The notes: generated from the letters alone by a model not told the origin. A stretch of 64,000 nucleotides of DNA from an uncultured Bacteroidales bacterium (GCA_964469155.1 CAYXXU010000009.1:2494-66493); one strand, 5' to 3'. Shown: positions 9,673 through 20,239, numbered from the stretch's first letter. Program-made: numbers and translations.

Positions 9673-11043
9673 ATGAAAAGAAAACTATTATTGATATTCC
9701 CGGTAGATAAATCCTGCATTAGATTTCAGGCACAAGCCCCCCCCTTGTCTTTGGGAATTATAGCCGCTTTAACACCCACAAACTGGGATATTGAAATTAT
9801 TGACGAAAATTGGGAAGATTTTGTTTATAAAGAGGCTGACCTGGTTGGAATTACTTCCTGGACATTTTATATTAACCGAGCATATAAAATTGCCGGCCAA
9901 TATAAAAAAGCAGGAATACCGGTTGTTATGGGAGGGATGCATGTTTCTGCAGTCCCCCATGAAGCAATAAATTATTGCAATTCTGTAGTTGTTGGAATTG
10001 CAGAGGAAATATGGCCCAAAGTGATCCATGATTTTGAAAATGGAAACTTAAAGCAATTTTATCATGGCCAACCGACACGGATTTTTATCAAACCAAGGCG
10101 CGATTTATTCGACAATAGATATATGTGGGGTGTGTTACAGACATCAAGAGGATGTCCAATGAGTTGCGAGTTTTGTTCTATAACACAATTTCATGGCAAT
10201 AGATATATTAAGAGACCCATTGAAGAAGTAATAGATGACATTAACGAAATTCAACAAAAATTCTTATTTATTGTTGACGAAAATATTTTGGGATTTACAA
10301 AAAGAGATGAAGAAAAGACTTTAGATTTATTTATAAAAATGTCACAAAATACTGATAAAAAATATTGGTATGGATTTTCCTCAATAAATATTGCCTACGA
10401 CAATGAGTTGCTAAAAAAAGCTAGTGACAGTGGCTGCGGTATGTTGTTTATTGGAATTGAGTCTGAAGATGAAGATGCTTTAAAATCAATGAACAAAAAA
10501 GTCAATCAAAAAATAAGTTTATCAGAATATGATAATCTTATAAAAAAGTTCCATAAAAATGGAATTGGTGTATTTGCGGGAATGATTTATTGCGCAGAAA
10601 CAGACCGGGTTTCCTCTATAAATAAAAGAGCTAAATTTATCCATAACAGTAAATTCGATGCAATTCATTCGAGTATTTTAACACCATTTCCAGGTACAAA
10701 AATGTTCGAGAGGATGAAAGATACTGAACGATTAATTAAAAATAATTACCCGGAAGACTGGAAATATTATAACTGGAAGTCAATTGTTGTAAAACCTGAT
10801 TTTGAAGTGGATTTTGAGAGTTATACAAAAGATGTGCAAAAAGGAATATTAAGTGTTTACAAGCCGTATAGGATTATTCTTAGGGCGATTAAAACATACA
10901 TATGGACTAAAAGCCTGACAATAGCAATACATGGTTTTTCATCAAATATTAATTATAGAGACTATTTTTTAAATAAAACTAATTCCAGATTGAAAAGAAT
11001 ACACAATTTCCTTAGTACTAAGATATTTAAAAATTTCAGATAA
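9673..11043 (+). CDS. B12-binding domain radical SAM protein (class B)
   Basis: 456 aa. N-terminal LLLIFP...DLVGITS...VVMGGMH region, then TSRGCPMSCEFCS (CX3CX2C). Close paralog of 15149..16510. Confidence 0.85.
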   Translation: MKRKLLLIFPVDKSCIRFQAQAPPLSLGIIAALTPTNWDIEIIDENWEDFVYKEADLVGITSWTFYINRAYKIAGQYKKAGIPVVMGGMHVSAVPHEAINYCNSVVVGIAEEIWPKVIHDFENGNLKQFYHGQPTRIFIKPRRDLFDNRYMWGVLQTSRGCPMSCEFCSITQFHGNRYIKRPIEEVIDDINEIQQKFLFIVDENILGFTKRDEEKTLDLFIKMSQNTDKKYWYGFSSINIAYDNELLKKASDSGCGMLFIGIESEDEDALKSMNKKVNQKISLSEYDNLIKKFHKNGIGVFAGMIYCAETDRVSSINKRAKFIHNSKFDAIHSSILTPFPGTKMFERMKDTERLIKNNYPEDWKYYNWKSIVVKPDFEVDFESYTKDVQKGILSVYKPYRIILRAIKTYIWTKSLTIAIHGFSSNINYRDYFLNKTNSRLKRIHNFLSTKIFKNFR

Positions 11044-11125
11044 CGATTAAATGGCTTCAGAAAAATAAAACACAAGCGGAAATAATGTGTTCATATTGCA
11101 TATCTATGTTTTAATCGGACCAGAG

Positions 11126-12487
11126 TTAATTGACAAAAACAGATTCAATTTCAGCTAGTAATGATTCTTCATCAGCATTGTTAAGAACTTCTAAAAGTTT
11201 TTCACCGGCAAAGGTTTGTATCAACAGTTTGAAATAATAATAGGCTTTTTGGTGATGATAATTCAGCATCAGGTTAAGTTTTTCATTTATGGCATTATTT
11301 TTCACTTCACTTTCAGGATCAAATAAAGAAATGAAATTTTGAATTTCAATCCAAAGTTTATTTTTCAATTTTTCGGCTTCATGCTTAAAGTTTAATGAAA
11401 GTGTCTCCCTGATTATAGCAGATCTTAAATTACTATTTAATACAGTCATCAATCCATTAAAGTGTTCCAGATTACCCGATGTGCTTTCAGAAATATCGTC
11501 AAAATGTTCTGCAGATAGAATTGAAATTATTTCTGAGAGGCTCTTCGAAGATAAAGTCCATAAACCATACCGGGCAGGAAAATAGTATTTATTAAACCAG
11601 ACAGCATTGTTTGTTTTGTTATAAATACGTATAAAATCAGGGATCTCCTGCCAATTCATTCTCATTGGGGTAAAACAAGAAGAGAACAGTGTTTTTTTTA
11701 TTGAACAATAATTGCGAAAAAACTCGATGTTTTCCAGAACTTTGTCGAAATCAGAATTTACCCTGATCGATTCAAAAAGTGATTTATTAACCGAATCAAT
11801 GGATACATTGATATCAAAATTTCCTTTCTGCAGTATATTCTTTATTCGATCATTCAATATAGTTCCGTTAGTTTGTACCGAAATTTTGCATTCAGGATTC
11901 GTTTTTGTAATCATTTCCCATAATGTATAGTTCAATGGTTCTATAAAAGGATCCCCTCCCAGAAAAAAAGTATATTTAAGATGAGGAATAAACAACTCCA
12001 TTTGTTTAAAGAATGAATCATCGTATACCATTGCCGGATCGTTAACATTACATCCACGCGTAAAACTATTGGACAGACACATGACACATTTTAAATTACA
12101 AACATCAGAAAAGCGAAAACCCATAACAGTGGGCATTGGCTGATCCTTAAATATACTCCAATAATCGTATCTTAATGCATTTATTGCATGATAATTTCCA
12201 AGATTCAGGTCTTTGCTGCATTGCAGGCATCCGATTTCATTTAGCTGATTTTTCTTTAAGTGTTTTCGGTAAGTTTTGATATTCTGAGAATTCCATATTT
12301 CAAGAATTGATTGTTTGGAAATATTCCCCAAGGGCCAAGTGTTATTGTTGTGACAAGGAAAAATATTGCCGTTAAAAGAAAAATAAAGAGAAACAAAAGG
12401 AGCATAACAAAAACTTTCTTTTCTGTTTATTTTTCTTATCCTGTAATATTTTTTAAGGTGCTTATTCTGAAAAAAAAGGTATGTCAT
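11126..12487 (-). CDS. radical SAM protein with N-terminal twitch/SPASM-like Cys motif (family copy 1 of 9)
   Basis: 453 aa. CYAPFVSLYFSFNGNIFPC, GCLQC, then SDVCNLKCVMC (CX3CX2C), GGDPFI, QTNGT, VSIDS, GLWTLS. Confidence 0.9.
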   Translation of the reverse strand: MTYLFFQNKHLKKYYRIRKINRKESFCYAPFVSLYFSFNGNIFPCHNNNTWPLGNISKQSILEIWNSQNIKTYRKHLKKNQLNEIGCLQCSKDLNLGNYHAINALRYDYWSIFKDQPMPTVMGFRFSDVCNLKCVMCLSNSFTRGCNVNDPAMVYDDSFFKQMELFIPHLKYTFFLGGDPFIEPLNYTLWEMITKTNPECKISVQTNGTILNDRIKNILQKGNFDINVSIDSVNKSLFESIRVNSDFDKVLENIEFFRNYCSIKKTLFSSCFTPMRMNWQEIPDFIRIYNKTNNAVWFNKYYFPARYGLWTLSSKSLSEIISILSAEHFDDISESTSGNLEHFNGLMTVLNSNLRSAIIRETLSLNFKHEAEKLKNKLWIEIQNFISLFDPESEVKNNAINEKLNLMLNYHHQKAYYYFKLLIQTFAGEKLLEVLNNADEESLLAEIESVFVN

Positions 12488-14747
12488 TTCGTATTTTAAT
12501 AATGTTAATTATAAGGTTCAGTAAGCAAAGAAAGAAATATCCGGAACAAAGAAAAACAGGGAAAATATAGTAACATGCATATCGTGAAACGCCCACCATA
12601 AGTATGGGGATAATTAGAATGTTTAAAATAATAAAAATAAATTGGATTGGAATAACAAGACGTACCCGTTTGAAGAGATAACTAAAAGTTACAATTAACG
12701 GGAATACTACAACGTTTATATCACCCCAAAATAATAAAATTAAAGAGAAAGAAAAACAGGTAATTGATCCGAACATATAGGACGGTTTTTTCTTGTTTGT
12801 TGAAAAAATAAAAAAACAAAATAATAAATTAACAAACAGAAAGTCAAATAATCTTATACTGTATATTTGATCAAAAATTTTTTTAAGTTTTTGAAATGAA
12901 AGTGTAAATATTTTACCGGGATTATGTGTATAAAAATTCAATATTCGTAATGAGGTTTTTTTATCATTCATCCGGTCATTATTATAAAAGCTTTTGCTGT
13001 CCTTAATCCAGGCATCAGAATACATACCATCCTTAATATACTCATTATGACAGTATAGTCCCTCTTTTTCTGGTAAAATCATGATCATAAAAAAAAGATC
13101 AGAGTGCTGCAAAATCATTTCAAAATAAGCCAAATATAAACTTTTGGGTCTATAAATGTTTAAGAGGAACATGCTGGGAGAACCAGTAGTTTCTACTTCC
13201 TGATAAATTGTGTCCTTAAATTGGATTATATCCCTATCTGTAATTCCTGAAATTTTTTGCTTAATTATGCCCCCATAAAATCCCTGATTAATATTCTGGT
13301 TGAGTTGTACTAAGTCAGGTTTGTTTTTAATTGTCTCAATCAACAAACCGGCACTTCTTTTTGTTTCTTTTAGAATATTAATACCCCATAAATTATAGGG
13401 TAACCAGCAAATAATAAAAACACTTCCAATAATAATTAGCTGCCTGAATTTAATAATATTTCTCTCGCGAAAAATAATTATTAAAAGATCCAAAAACATG
13501 AATAGTATGAAAAACATGAGGCTGGATTTTATTAAAAAACTGAAACCACATAATAATCCCAAAACGACACCATTTGACATATTAAACGTTTTACGATATC
13601 TCATATATGCCCATGTAATAAAAAAATTAATAACTATTGTAACCAAATCCGGACTAAAACTTGAGGTCAGAGGAATGATAAGAAATAAAAAAAAAGGAGC
13701 AGTAATTACCCCTGCCCAAAACCCCCTGATATTCCATAGTTCATAGCCTAATAAAGGAAAACAAAAAACAACCATTAAGAGAAGAAATAATTGCAGAAAT
13801 TTTATGAGGAGTGGGCATACTCCGGTAATTTTATATATTAACCCCAGCAATAAGGGATAGCCAGGAAACCTGTGCAAACAAACCAGGCCTTTGTAGAAGT
13901 GAACAGCATTAAAATTTAATTTATTTATTATACTATCTCCAGCATTGTCAACATAAATATTATAATCCACATCATTATTAATCATTCCGTTAACCATAAA
14001 CAGATTGTTTTCAGCAAAATTTACGGCGATAGTTTGATAATCGGCTTGATCGGGATTATCATTAATATGAACATAATTATCAAAATTAAGAAAATTATCA
14101 AATTTTTTTGAAAAATGAATTGTCAAAAGACTAATAATAAAGAGTATTGAAAACAATAAAAGATTTATTAAAATCCTTTTTTTAAAAACAATAAGCTGTA
14201 TGTTAATAATATTGATTCTCTGAATTACTTTGTAAATAAAATGTTTGATTTTTGCACGAAACAATATTAGGTTTAAAGCTATTGACAAAATTAAAAAGGC
14301 AGTAAAACCGCTTTTTAACCATTTAATATTGTAAACAAAAGATGCTAAATAGCCAAGTTTTTCAATAAAGGGTTGATGAATTGAATTTTTAAAAGAGAAG
14401 TCCTGATATATTACACCTGGAGGAACCGAAACTTTTACTAAATGGTTATCATTAAGAAATACATTAATTTTTATACTATCGGCTGAGGCCGTTGTTAATC
14501 GAATTATTGCTTTTTTATAGAATCTATTGTATTTATAAAACAGAGTGTTTTTATTTGATTCTAAAGTAAGTAGGTTACCAAGAGGACTGATTCCAAGAAA
14601 ATTAATTTGACCAGAATACTTGGCATTGTATGAAATTAAAAGTTTTCCATAATAATTGGCGTTTTTCAGATAAATGACAGACGAAATTACAGTGCAAATT
14701 ATTAAAAAACAAATGAATACCAAAATATATTTCAATGACTTTTTCAT
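12462..14747 (-). CDS. large polytopic membrane protein, GT-C (PMT_2/ArnT-like) glycosyltransferase candidate
   Basis: I prefer the ATG at 14747 to the TTG at 14762. 761 aa with more than 12 hydrophobic segments. The loop DQADYQTIAVNFAENN followed by HRFPGYPLLLGLIY resembles the DExxYxxxA...hPPl signature of ArnT/PMT family enzymes. Its 3' end overlaps the downstream rSAM gene by 26 nt. Confidence 0.5.
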   Translation of the reverse strand: MKKSLKYILVFICFLIICTVISSVIYLKNANYYGKLLISYNAKYSGQINFLGISPLGNLLTLESNKNTLFYKYNRFYKKAIIRLTTASADSIKINVFLNDNHLVKVSVPPGVIYQDFSFKNSIHQPFIEKLGYLASFVYNIKWLKSGFTAFLILSIALNLILFRAKIKHFIYKVIQRINIINIQLIVFKKRILINLLLFSILFIISLLTIHFSKKFDNFLNFDNYVHINDNPDQADYQTIAVNFAENNLFMVNGMINNDVDYNIYVDNAGDSIINKLNFNAVHFYKGLVCLHRFPGYPLLLGLIYKITGVCPLLIKFLQLFLLLMVVFCFPLLGYELWNIRGFWAGVITAPFFLFLIIPLTSSFSPDLVTIVINFFITWAYMRYRKTFNMSNGVVLGLLCGFSFLIKSSLMFFILFMFLDLLIIIFRERNIIKFRQLIIIGSVFIICWLPYNLWGINILKETKRSAGLLIETIKNKPDLVQLNQNINQGFYGGIIKQKISGITDRDIIQFKDTIYQEVETTGSPSMFLLNIYRPKSLYLAYFEMILQHSDLFFMIMILPEKEGLYCHNEYIKDGMYSDAWIKDSKSFYNNDRMNDKKTSLRILNFYTHNPGKIFTLSFQKLKKIFDQIYSIRLFDFLFVNLLFCFFIFSTNKKKPSYMFGSITCFSFSLILLFWGDINVVVFPLIVTFSYLFKRVRLVIPIQFIFIILNILIIPILMVGVSRYACYYIFPVFLCSGYFFLCLLNLIINIIKIRNDIPFFSE

Positions 14748-14856
14748 AAAATAACCATTCAAAAATAGTATTAAGAGTCGATTTTAAATAAACTGGCTAA
14801 AATTTTATTTCCGTTTTTTTATTTCTACTATCATTTTATCATTGTCAACTTAATGA

Positions 14857-14895
14857 ATGATTTTTATTGGGGGATACTTATTGATTAAAAATCAT
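14857..14895. promoter_or_regulatory. 10-bp perfect inverted repeat ATGATTTTTA-N19-TAAAAATCAT
   Basis: 14857-14866 and 14886-14895 are reverse complements. They lie in the 400-bp divergent region between the GT-C gene and the B12-rSAM gene. The context is AT-rich, so a chance match is plausible. Confidence 0.2.
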
Positions 14896-15148
14896 ATTCG
14901 CAAAATTTTAGTAAAGTGTGGAAATCCTATCTATTTTTTATAAAACTAGATCTGTGTTAATTGCAACAAATACTATAAAAAAACTGTTATAAATACAAGA
15001 TTAAAATCATGAATTAAATATTAGTGTGAGTAAAATTATGCCCTGAAAATACTTGTGCAAATTTAGGCAAATTATTCCCTGGTGAACAAAATAAGTATTG
15101 CTCGGATAATTTAAATTGTTAATTTTACATAACAGATAGCATTAAATC

Positions 15149-16510
15149 ATGAAAAGATTAGTTTTAATTTTTGCAGTCGACCCAAATATCAAAAAATTAG
15201 AGTCTGTTCTTCCGCCATTGTCTCTTGGAATAATTGCAGCTCTTACGCCAAAAAATTGGGAAATTGTTATTGGAGATGAAAATATTGAAAAGTTTTCTTA
15301 TATGCCGGCTGATTTGGTAGGTATTTCATCGTGGACTTTAAATATTAACAGGGCATATCAGATAGCTGACGAGTATAAAGAAAACAAGACAAAGGTTATA
15401 ATGGGGGGGCAGCATGTTACTGCATTACCTGAAGAGGCTTTGATTCATGCCGATTCTGTCGTTAAAGGCATAGCTGAAGATATTTGGCCCAATGTCATTA
15501 CAGATTTTGAAAATGGAGAATTGAAATCTATTTATTATGGCAAGCCTACAAATACTTTTGTAAAGCCCCGCTACGATTTGTTTCATGAGTCTTACAAACT
15601 TGGAGCAATTCAAACGAGCAGAGGTTGTCCCATGGGTTGTAATTATTGTTCTGTTTCAAATATTACCGGGCACACATATTTTCGAAAGCCTTTGAAAATG
15701 ATAATAGAAGAATTAAGGGAGATGCCACAAAAATACATCTTCTTTACTGACGATAATTTGATCGGGATTACTAATAAACAAAGAAATGAAGCATTAGAGC
15801 TTTTTGAAACAATGATAAATAACAATATTAAAAAGCATTGGATAGGTCAAACAAGCCTTTTAATTGCCGAAGATGATTTACTTATAAAGGCGGCAAAACG
15901 AAGTGGTTGTTATATGGTTTTCATTGGAATTGAAACAGAAAACAAAGCGGGACTCACTATGCTGAATAAGGAAATAAATTTACATGTTGCTCCAAATAAT
16001 TATTCTAATTATATTAAAAAAATTCAAAAAGCAGGTATTGGAGTATTTGCAGGTATAATTTACGGATTAACTACTGATAAAATTGAAAGTTTTCAGGCAC
16101 GATCACAATTTGTAAGAAAACTTAATTTGGCTTGCTTTGGTTCTTTTATTCTCACTCCTTTGCCAGGTACTAAATTTTTCTCAACATTGACCGACAATAA
16201 AAAAATATTATGTAAAGATTTTCCTACAGATTGGAAGTACTTCGATTATAATCATTTATTAGTGGATCTTGAACTAAATGTTTCGCCAGAAATTTTATAC
16301 TCGGAAATAAATAAACAGATACTGAAAACATATACAATGTATCAAATAGCATATAGGGCATTTCGAACCCTATATCAGACAAAAAGCATTTTAGCTACCT
16401 TACATGGGTTATGGACTAATTTAAAATATAAAATGTTTTTATCCAAAAGCTCATCATTAATTAAATTCATGAATTTTGTAAGCCAGATAAAAACTTTTTT
16501 TCTTAAATAA
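15149..16510 (+). CDS. B12-binding domain radical SAM protein (class B)
   Basis: 453 aa. TSRGCPMGCNYCS. Collinear with 9673..11043; more than half of the residues are identical by eye (e.g. PPLSLGIIAALTP, NINRAYQIA, DFENGELK). Confidence 0.85.
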   Translation: MKRLVLIFAVDPNIKKLESVLPPLSLGIIAALTPKNWEIVIGDENIEKFSYMPADLVGISSWTLNINRAYQIADEYKENKTKVIMGGQHVTALPEEALIHADSVVKGIAEDIWPNVITDFENGELKSIYYGKPTNTFVKPRYDLFHESYKLGAIQTSRGCPMGCNYCSVSNITGHTYFRKPLKMIIEELREMPQKYIFFTDDNLIGITNKQRNEALELFETMINNNIKKHWIGQTSLLIAEDDLLIKAAKRSGCYMVFIGIETENKAGLTMLNKEINLHVAPNNYSNYIKKIQKAGIGVFAGIIYGLTTDKIESFQARSQFVRKLNLACFGSFILTPLPGTKFFSTLTDNKKILCKDFPTDWKYFDYNHLLVDLELNVSPEILYSEINKQILKTYTMYQIAYRAFRTLYQTKSILATLHGLWTNLKYKMFLSKSSSLIKFMNFVSQIKTFFLK

Positions 16511-16993
16511 AATCATTTACCTTATTGAAATCATTGATGTTAATAATTCTTAAGAAGCATGTTTAATTTAATGATGTGTGAATACTAGATACGTTTATTC
16601 TTAAGTCCCTAAAAATAATATCAAAAATCACTAATAGAGAATAGTATTGATTTGAAAACATACAATACCGATGATATAAGAATGACAATTATTAATATTG
16701 TTTTAAAAGCAAGTGAATTTTAAACAAATTATAACATTATTCTTTATTTATATGAATGGCAGTCATGAAAATATATAAAGAGAATAAAAACCACATATCA
16801 ACAGCTCTACATTATTATACAGGTTGTTTGATAAAAACTTAATAAAATAATTTAGAATAAAAAGATATTATTATAAGATTTCTTTTATCAGGATATGAAA
16901 AAGACAAATTAAGAGAATATGAATAATATTGTATGAGCATAGTGCGCAATTTGTAATAATTCATAATTTAATAAAAAATAGTTAACAGCATAA

Positions 16994-18436
16994 ATGAAAA
17001 CGTATATAATAAAAGATACATTTTGCTTATTTGTCGCTCCTAAATTCAATGCTGGGAAAGCTAATTTATTGATGATGATTCGTGAGAAGGATCCACCACT
17101 GAACCTTGCTATGCTAGCCAGCTGGATAAGGACTAAAGGAAGCAAGACTGCAATTCTTGATTGTGATATTGATGCCCATAATTACTCCATTTTTAAAAGA
17201 AAAATAAATTATTTTCGGAAAAAGTATCCATTAGAAAAATTTTATATTGGGTTTTATGTTTGTACTCCGACGGCTTATGAGTGTTATCATTTAGCAAAAA
17301 TTGTGAAGGATTGCATTCCGGAAAGCATCCTTATTGCCGGAGGGCCACATGCTACTTTTTTACCGGAGGAAGTGTTAAATAGCTCCCCTATGGATATTGT
17401 TGTAATAGGAGAAGGCGAAATTACACTTGAGGAAATATTGTTACAGCGCGATCTAAATGATGTAAATGGCATTGCATTTCTCAATCCAAAAAACAAAAAG
17501 GAAATCATAAAAACAAAGCCCAGAGAAAGATTTACTAATCTGGATATTTTGCCAATTCCTGCTTATGATTTATTAAATATTAAAAAATACCGATCGCCAA
17601 TTGGTGCTTTCAAACGACTTCCTTCCTTTTTAGTTAGCTTCTCTAGAGGGTGTCCTAATTATTGTTTTTTTTGTACAAAAACATTAGGTACGAGTTTTTT
17701 TCAAAAATCTGCCGTAAAAATGTTTGAAGAAATAAAATACCTTAAAGTAAATTTTGGAATTATCGACTTTGTTATTGTTGACGACACATTTACTGCAGAT
17801 CGTGAGAATGTACTGCGATTTTGTAATATTTTACTGCAAACAAATATGAATATTACCTGGCATTGTTATACACGGGCAAATAATATCGATACCGAATTAT
17901 TAGTAGAAATGAAAAGAGCCGGATGCCACCAGCTAATGTTTGGTATTGAATCTTTTGATGACGATGTCCTAGAAAAAGTAAATAAAGGAATTAACTCCAG
18001 CATTGCAATCGAAGCAATTCAGAAAACACAGGCAACAGGTATTTCATGCAGACTTTCAATGATGGTGGGTAATATTGGTGATACCCCAAAAACATTAAAC
18101 CACAGCATCGATGAAATAATAAGATTAAAACCTGATTTTATTAATATTTTAATAGCTACCCCTGGCCCTGGCACACCTTTTTTTTCCTGGGCAGACAAAA
18201 ACGGCAGGATAATTACTAAAGATTGGGATAAATATACCGGAGGAACAGCAGTTGTAAAACTTGACGACATTTCAATTAATGAAATAAATAAATATTATAA
18301 AAGATTCTGGATAAAATTTTATTTTCATCCTAGGATAATTCTGAGGCATTTGCTCAAGATCACTAATAGATATCAATTAAAGAATTTCCTTGTTGCAATT
18401 ACTAGAATTTTAAAATTTTTGATTTATAGACACTAA
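16994..18436 (+). CDS. B12-binding domain radical SAM protein (class B)
   Basis: 480 aa. N-terminal PPLNLAMLASW...LIAGGPHATF region, then FSRGCPNYCFFCT (CX3CX2C). Confidence 0.85.
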   Translation: MKTYIIKDTFCLFVAPKFNAGKANLLMMIREKDPPLNLAMLASWIRTKGSKTAILDCDIDAHNYSIFKRKINYFRKKYPLEKFYIGFYVCTPTAYECYHLAKIVKDCIPESILIAGGPHATFLPEEVLNSSPMDIVVIGEGEITLEEILLQRDLNDVNGIAFLNPKNKKEIIKTKPRERFTNLDILPIPAYDLLNIKKYRSPIGAFKRLPSFLVSFSRGCPNYCFFCTKTLGTSFFQKSAVKMFEEIKYLKVNFGIIDFVIVDDTFTADRENVLRFCNILLQTNMNITWHCYTRANNIDTELLVEMKRAGCHQLMFGIESFDDDVLEKVNKGINSSIAIEAIQKTQATGISCRLSMMVGNIGDTPKTLNHSIDEIIRLKPDFINILIATPGPGTPFFSWADKNGRIITKDWDKYTGGTAVVKLDDISINEINKYYKRFWIKFYFHPRIILRHLLKITNRYQLKNFLVAITRILKFLIYRH

Positions 18437-18440
18437 TAAA

Positions 18441-19340
18441 TTATTTTTTTAAAAGGAAAACCAATGGGCTTAAATTTGCTTCTGCAAAATGTCCACAATT
18501 TTGACAATCTAAATTTTTACAACTCAAGCGTTCTTCTAATTGGGAATTAAAGTGTTTTACAGCTTGTTTCCAATAGCATGGTTTGTTTTTATGATCTTCT
18601 TTTTGAAACCATTGTATTGCACTATTGCTCATAAGAAAGTGAGCAGGGTACTTTCTTTTCAAACGATACATCTCAGAAATGATTTTATTTCGCAGATCAG
18701 AATGAACAAAGAAGGGGTCCTTTTCAGGATTTACCGGAGAAGGAGTATAGATATCACAGGATACGCCAAGCATATTATTTTGAATAGCCAATTCAACCAC
18801 TGATTCCATCTGATTCCAGTTTTGTGGTGTAACAGTCATACTAATTACCACCCTCCTGTCATTTTTATAGTTTAATAGCACTTTTTCATATGTGCCGGAA
18901 CCTCTGATATTATCATGCGTCTCCCTATTACCATCAATGGATACAAATATTTTTTGATTATAAAATTCACCTATTTTAATGGTGCCATTTGAACAGATAT
19001 CTATAAATTCGAAATGTTTAGAGGCTTCTGATATAATATCCTGTCTCAAGGCCGGTTCACCTCCTATTAACAAAACCCTTCTTATGCCCTGAGCTTTTAG
19101 TTTCAAAAATTCAGATTTCCAACGTTCAATCGGAAGATCCGAAAAGTTTAACTGATTTTTAAAATTAAAATGATAACAATGTTCACAATTTAAATTACAT
19201 TTATCTGTTATGTCGAATTCGGCAATATAAATTGTGCCAAAAATCAATCTTTTTAGTTCATAAAAAAATATCTTTCCGAATCGAATTAGCTTTTGCGACA
19301 TACTCCCCGGCCATTGTCTTGAAAAATAAAAAAATTCCAT
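18441..19340 (-). CDS. radical SAM protein with C-terminal Cys cluster
   Basis: 299 aa. ITDKCNLNCEHCY (CX3CX2C), IGGEPAL. C-terminal cysteines PCYWKQ...SCKNLDCQNCGHF. Starts 17 nt downstream of the UbiA gene stop on the same strand. Confidence 0.85.
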   Translation of the reverse strand: MEFFYFSRQWPGSMSQKLIRFGKIFFYELKRLIFGTIYIAEFDITDKCNLNCEHCYHFNFKNQLNFSDLPIERWKSEFLKLKAQGIRRVLLIGGEPALRQDIISEASKHFEFIDICSNGTIKIGEFYNQKIFVSIDGNRETHDNIRGSGTYEKVLLNYKNDRRVVISMTVTPQNWNQMESVVELAIQNNMLGVSCDIYTPSPVNPEKDPFFVHSDLRNKIISEMYRLKRKYPAHFLMSNSAIQWFQKEDHKNKPCYWKQAVKHFNSQLEERLSCKNLDCQNCGHFAEANLSPLVFLLKK

Positions 19341-19357
19341 TTTCTGTATTTTGGTAT

Positions 19358-20209
19358 TTATATCCTGCTTAATAGAATGATTAATCCACCAATTCCATAA
19401 AAAATTCTGTATATTAACCTGTATCGTGTCCTCTCTTTAATATTATTAATTTTTTTCCTGAAAAATAGCCATACCATAAGCTGAAGAACAAAGGCAAGGA
19501 TAAAACACAAAAATTCTATAAATGAAACAATTTTTATATAGAAAAGAAAAGACCAATATATAGCAGCTATCGTAAAAATAAGAATAACGATGTCCTGAGA
19601 TAATCTGAACCCCATAAAAATTGCTCCGGTTTTCAGACCTGATTCTTTATCAGGCTCATAATCTATTATTTCATGAAATAAATGGCCGGCTGCAAAAATA
19701 AGTGAAAAATAGATAGAAATTAAAACTGCTTTTTGATCAATTGAAACAAATAGCGAATATATCATTAAAAAATGCAAGATCTCAGCAGTAAAATGCAATA
19801 GAGTTCCAATAAAGGGCTTATGTTTAAATCCCCATTCAGGAAAAGAATAAAGCATCCAAATAAAATATATAAGTAGGGCGAAAATGCCGGTATTCAAGTT
19901 GAGAAAAAAACCAAAAAAAGCTGCAAAAATGATAAATATAATAGATGAAAACAGATATTGTTTTTTATTTAAGGCCATATGATCAAGTCTATCATTCAAT
20001 ACATCATAGCCAAATCCACCAAATGCGTTATAGGCGTATATAGACAATATGAGCATAATGGATAAAAAGAATGCTAATATAAATAATATTATATTGTCTG
20101 TATTAATGGCATGTGTCGCAAATACGCCACCGATGAGAAAAAAGCCACTCATTGCTATGGATTCACCAACCCGAAGCGATTTGATATATTGATGCAGTAA
20201 CCGTTTCAA
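19358..20209 (-). CDS. UbiA family prenyltransferase
   Basis: 283 aa with about 8 TM segments. Asp-rich motifs VLNDRLD and IIDYEPDKESGLKTGAIFMG match the two UbiA-superfamily motifs. Confidence 0.8.
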   Translation of the reverse strand: MKRLLHQYIKSLRVGESIAMSGFFLIGGVFATHAINTDNIILFILAFFLSIMLILSIYAYNAFGGFGYDVLNDRLDHMALNKKQYLFSSIIFIIFAAFFGFFLNLNTGIFALLIYFIWMLYSFPEWGFKHKPFIGTLLHFTAEILHFLMIYSLFVSIDQKAVLISIYFSLIFAAGHLFHEIIDYEPDKESGLKTGAIFMGFRLSQDIVILIFTIAAIYWSFLFYIKIVSFIEFLCFILAFVLQLMVWLFFRKKINNIKERTRYRLIYRIFYGIGGLIILLSRI

Positions 20210-20239
20210 ATTTCTCTAAACTCTTATCATTATTCATAA

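Noticed and set aside
16511-16993. Precursor-peptide genes for a RiPP pathway in the large AT-rich gaps of the locus
   Set aside because: Only very short ORFs are present (for example MTIINIVLKASEF and MKIYKENKNHISTALHYYTGCLIKT). They lack leader-like or Cys/Ser/Thr-rich core features, and such ORFs are expected by chance in DNA with under 25% GC. This cannot be excluded without comparative data.
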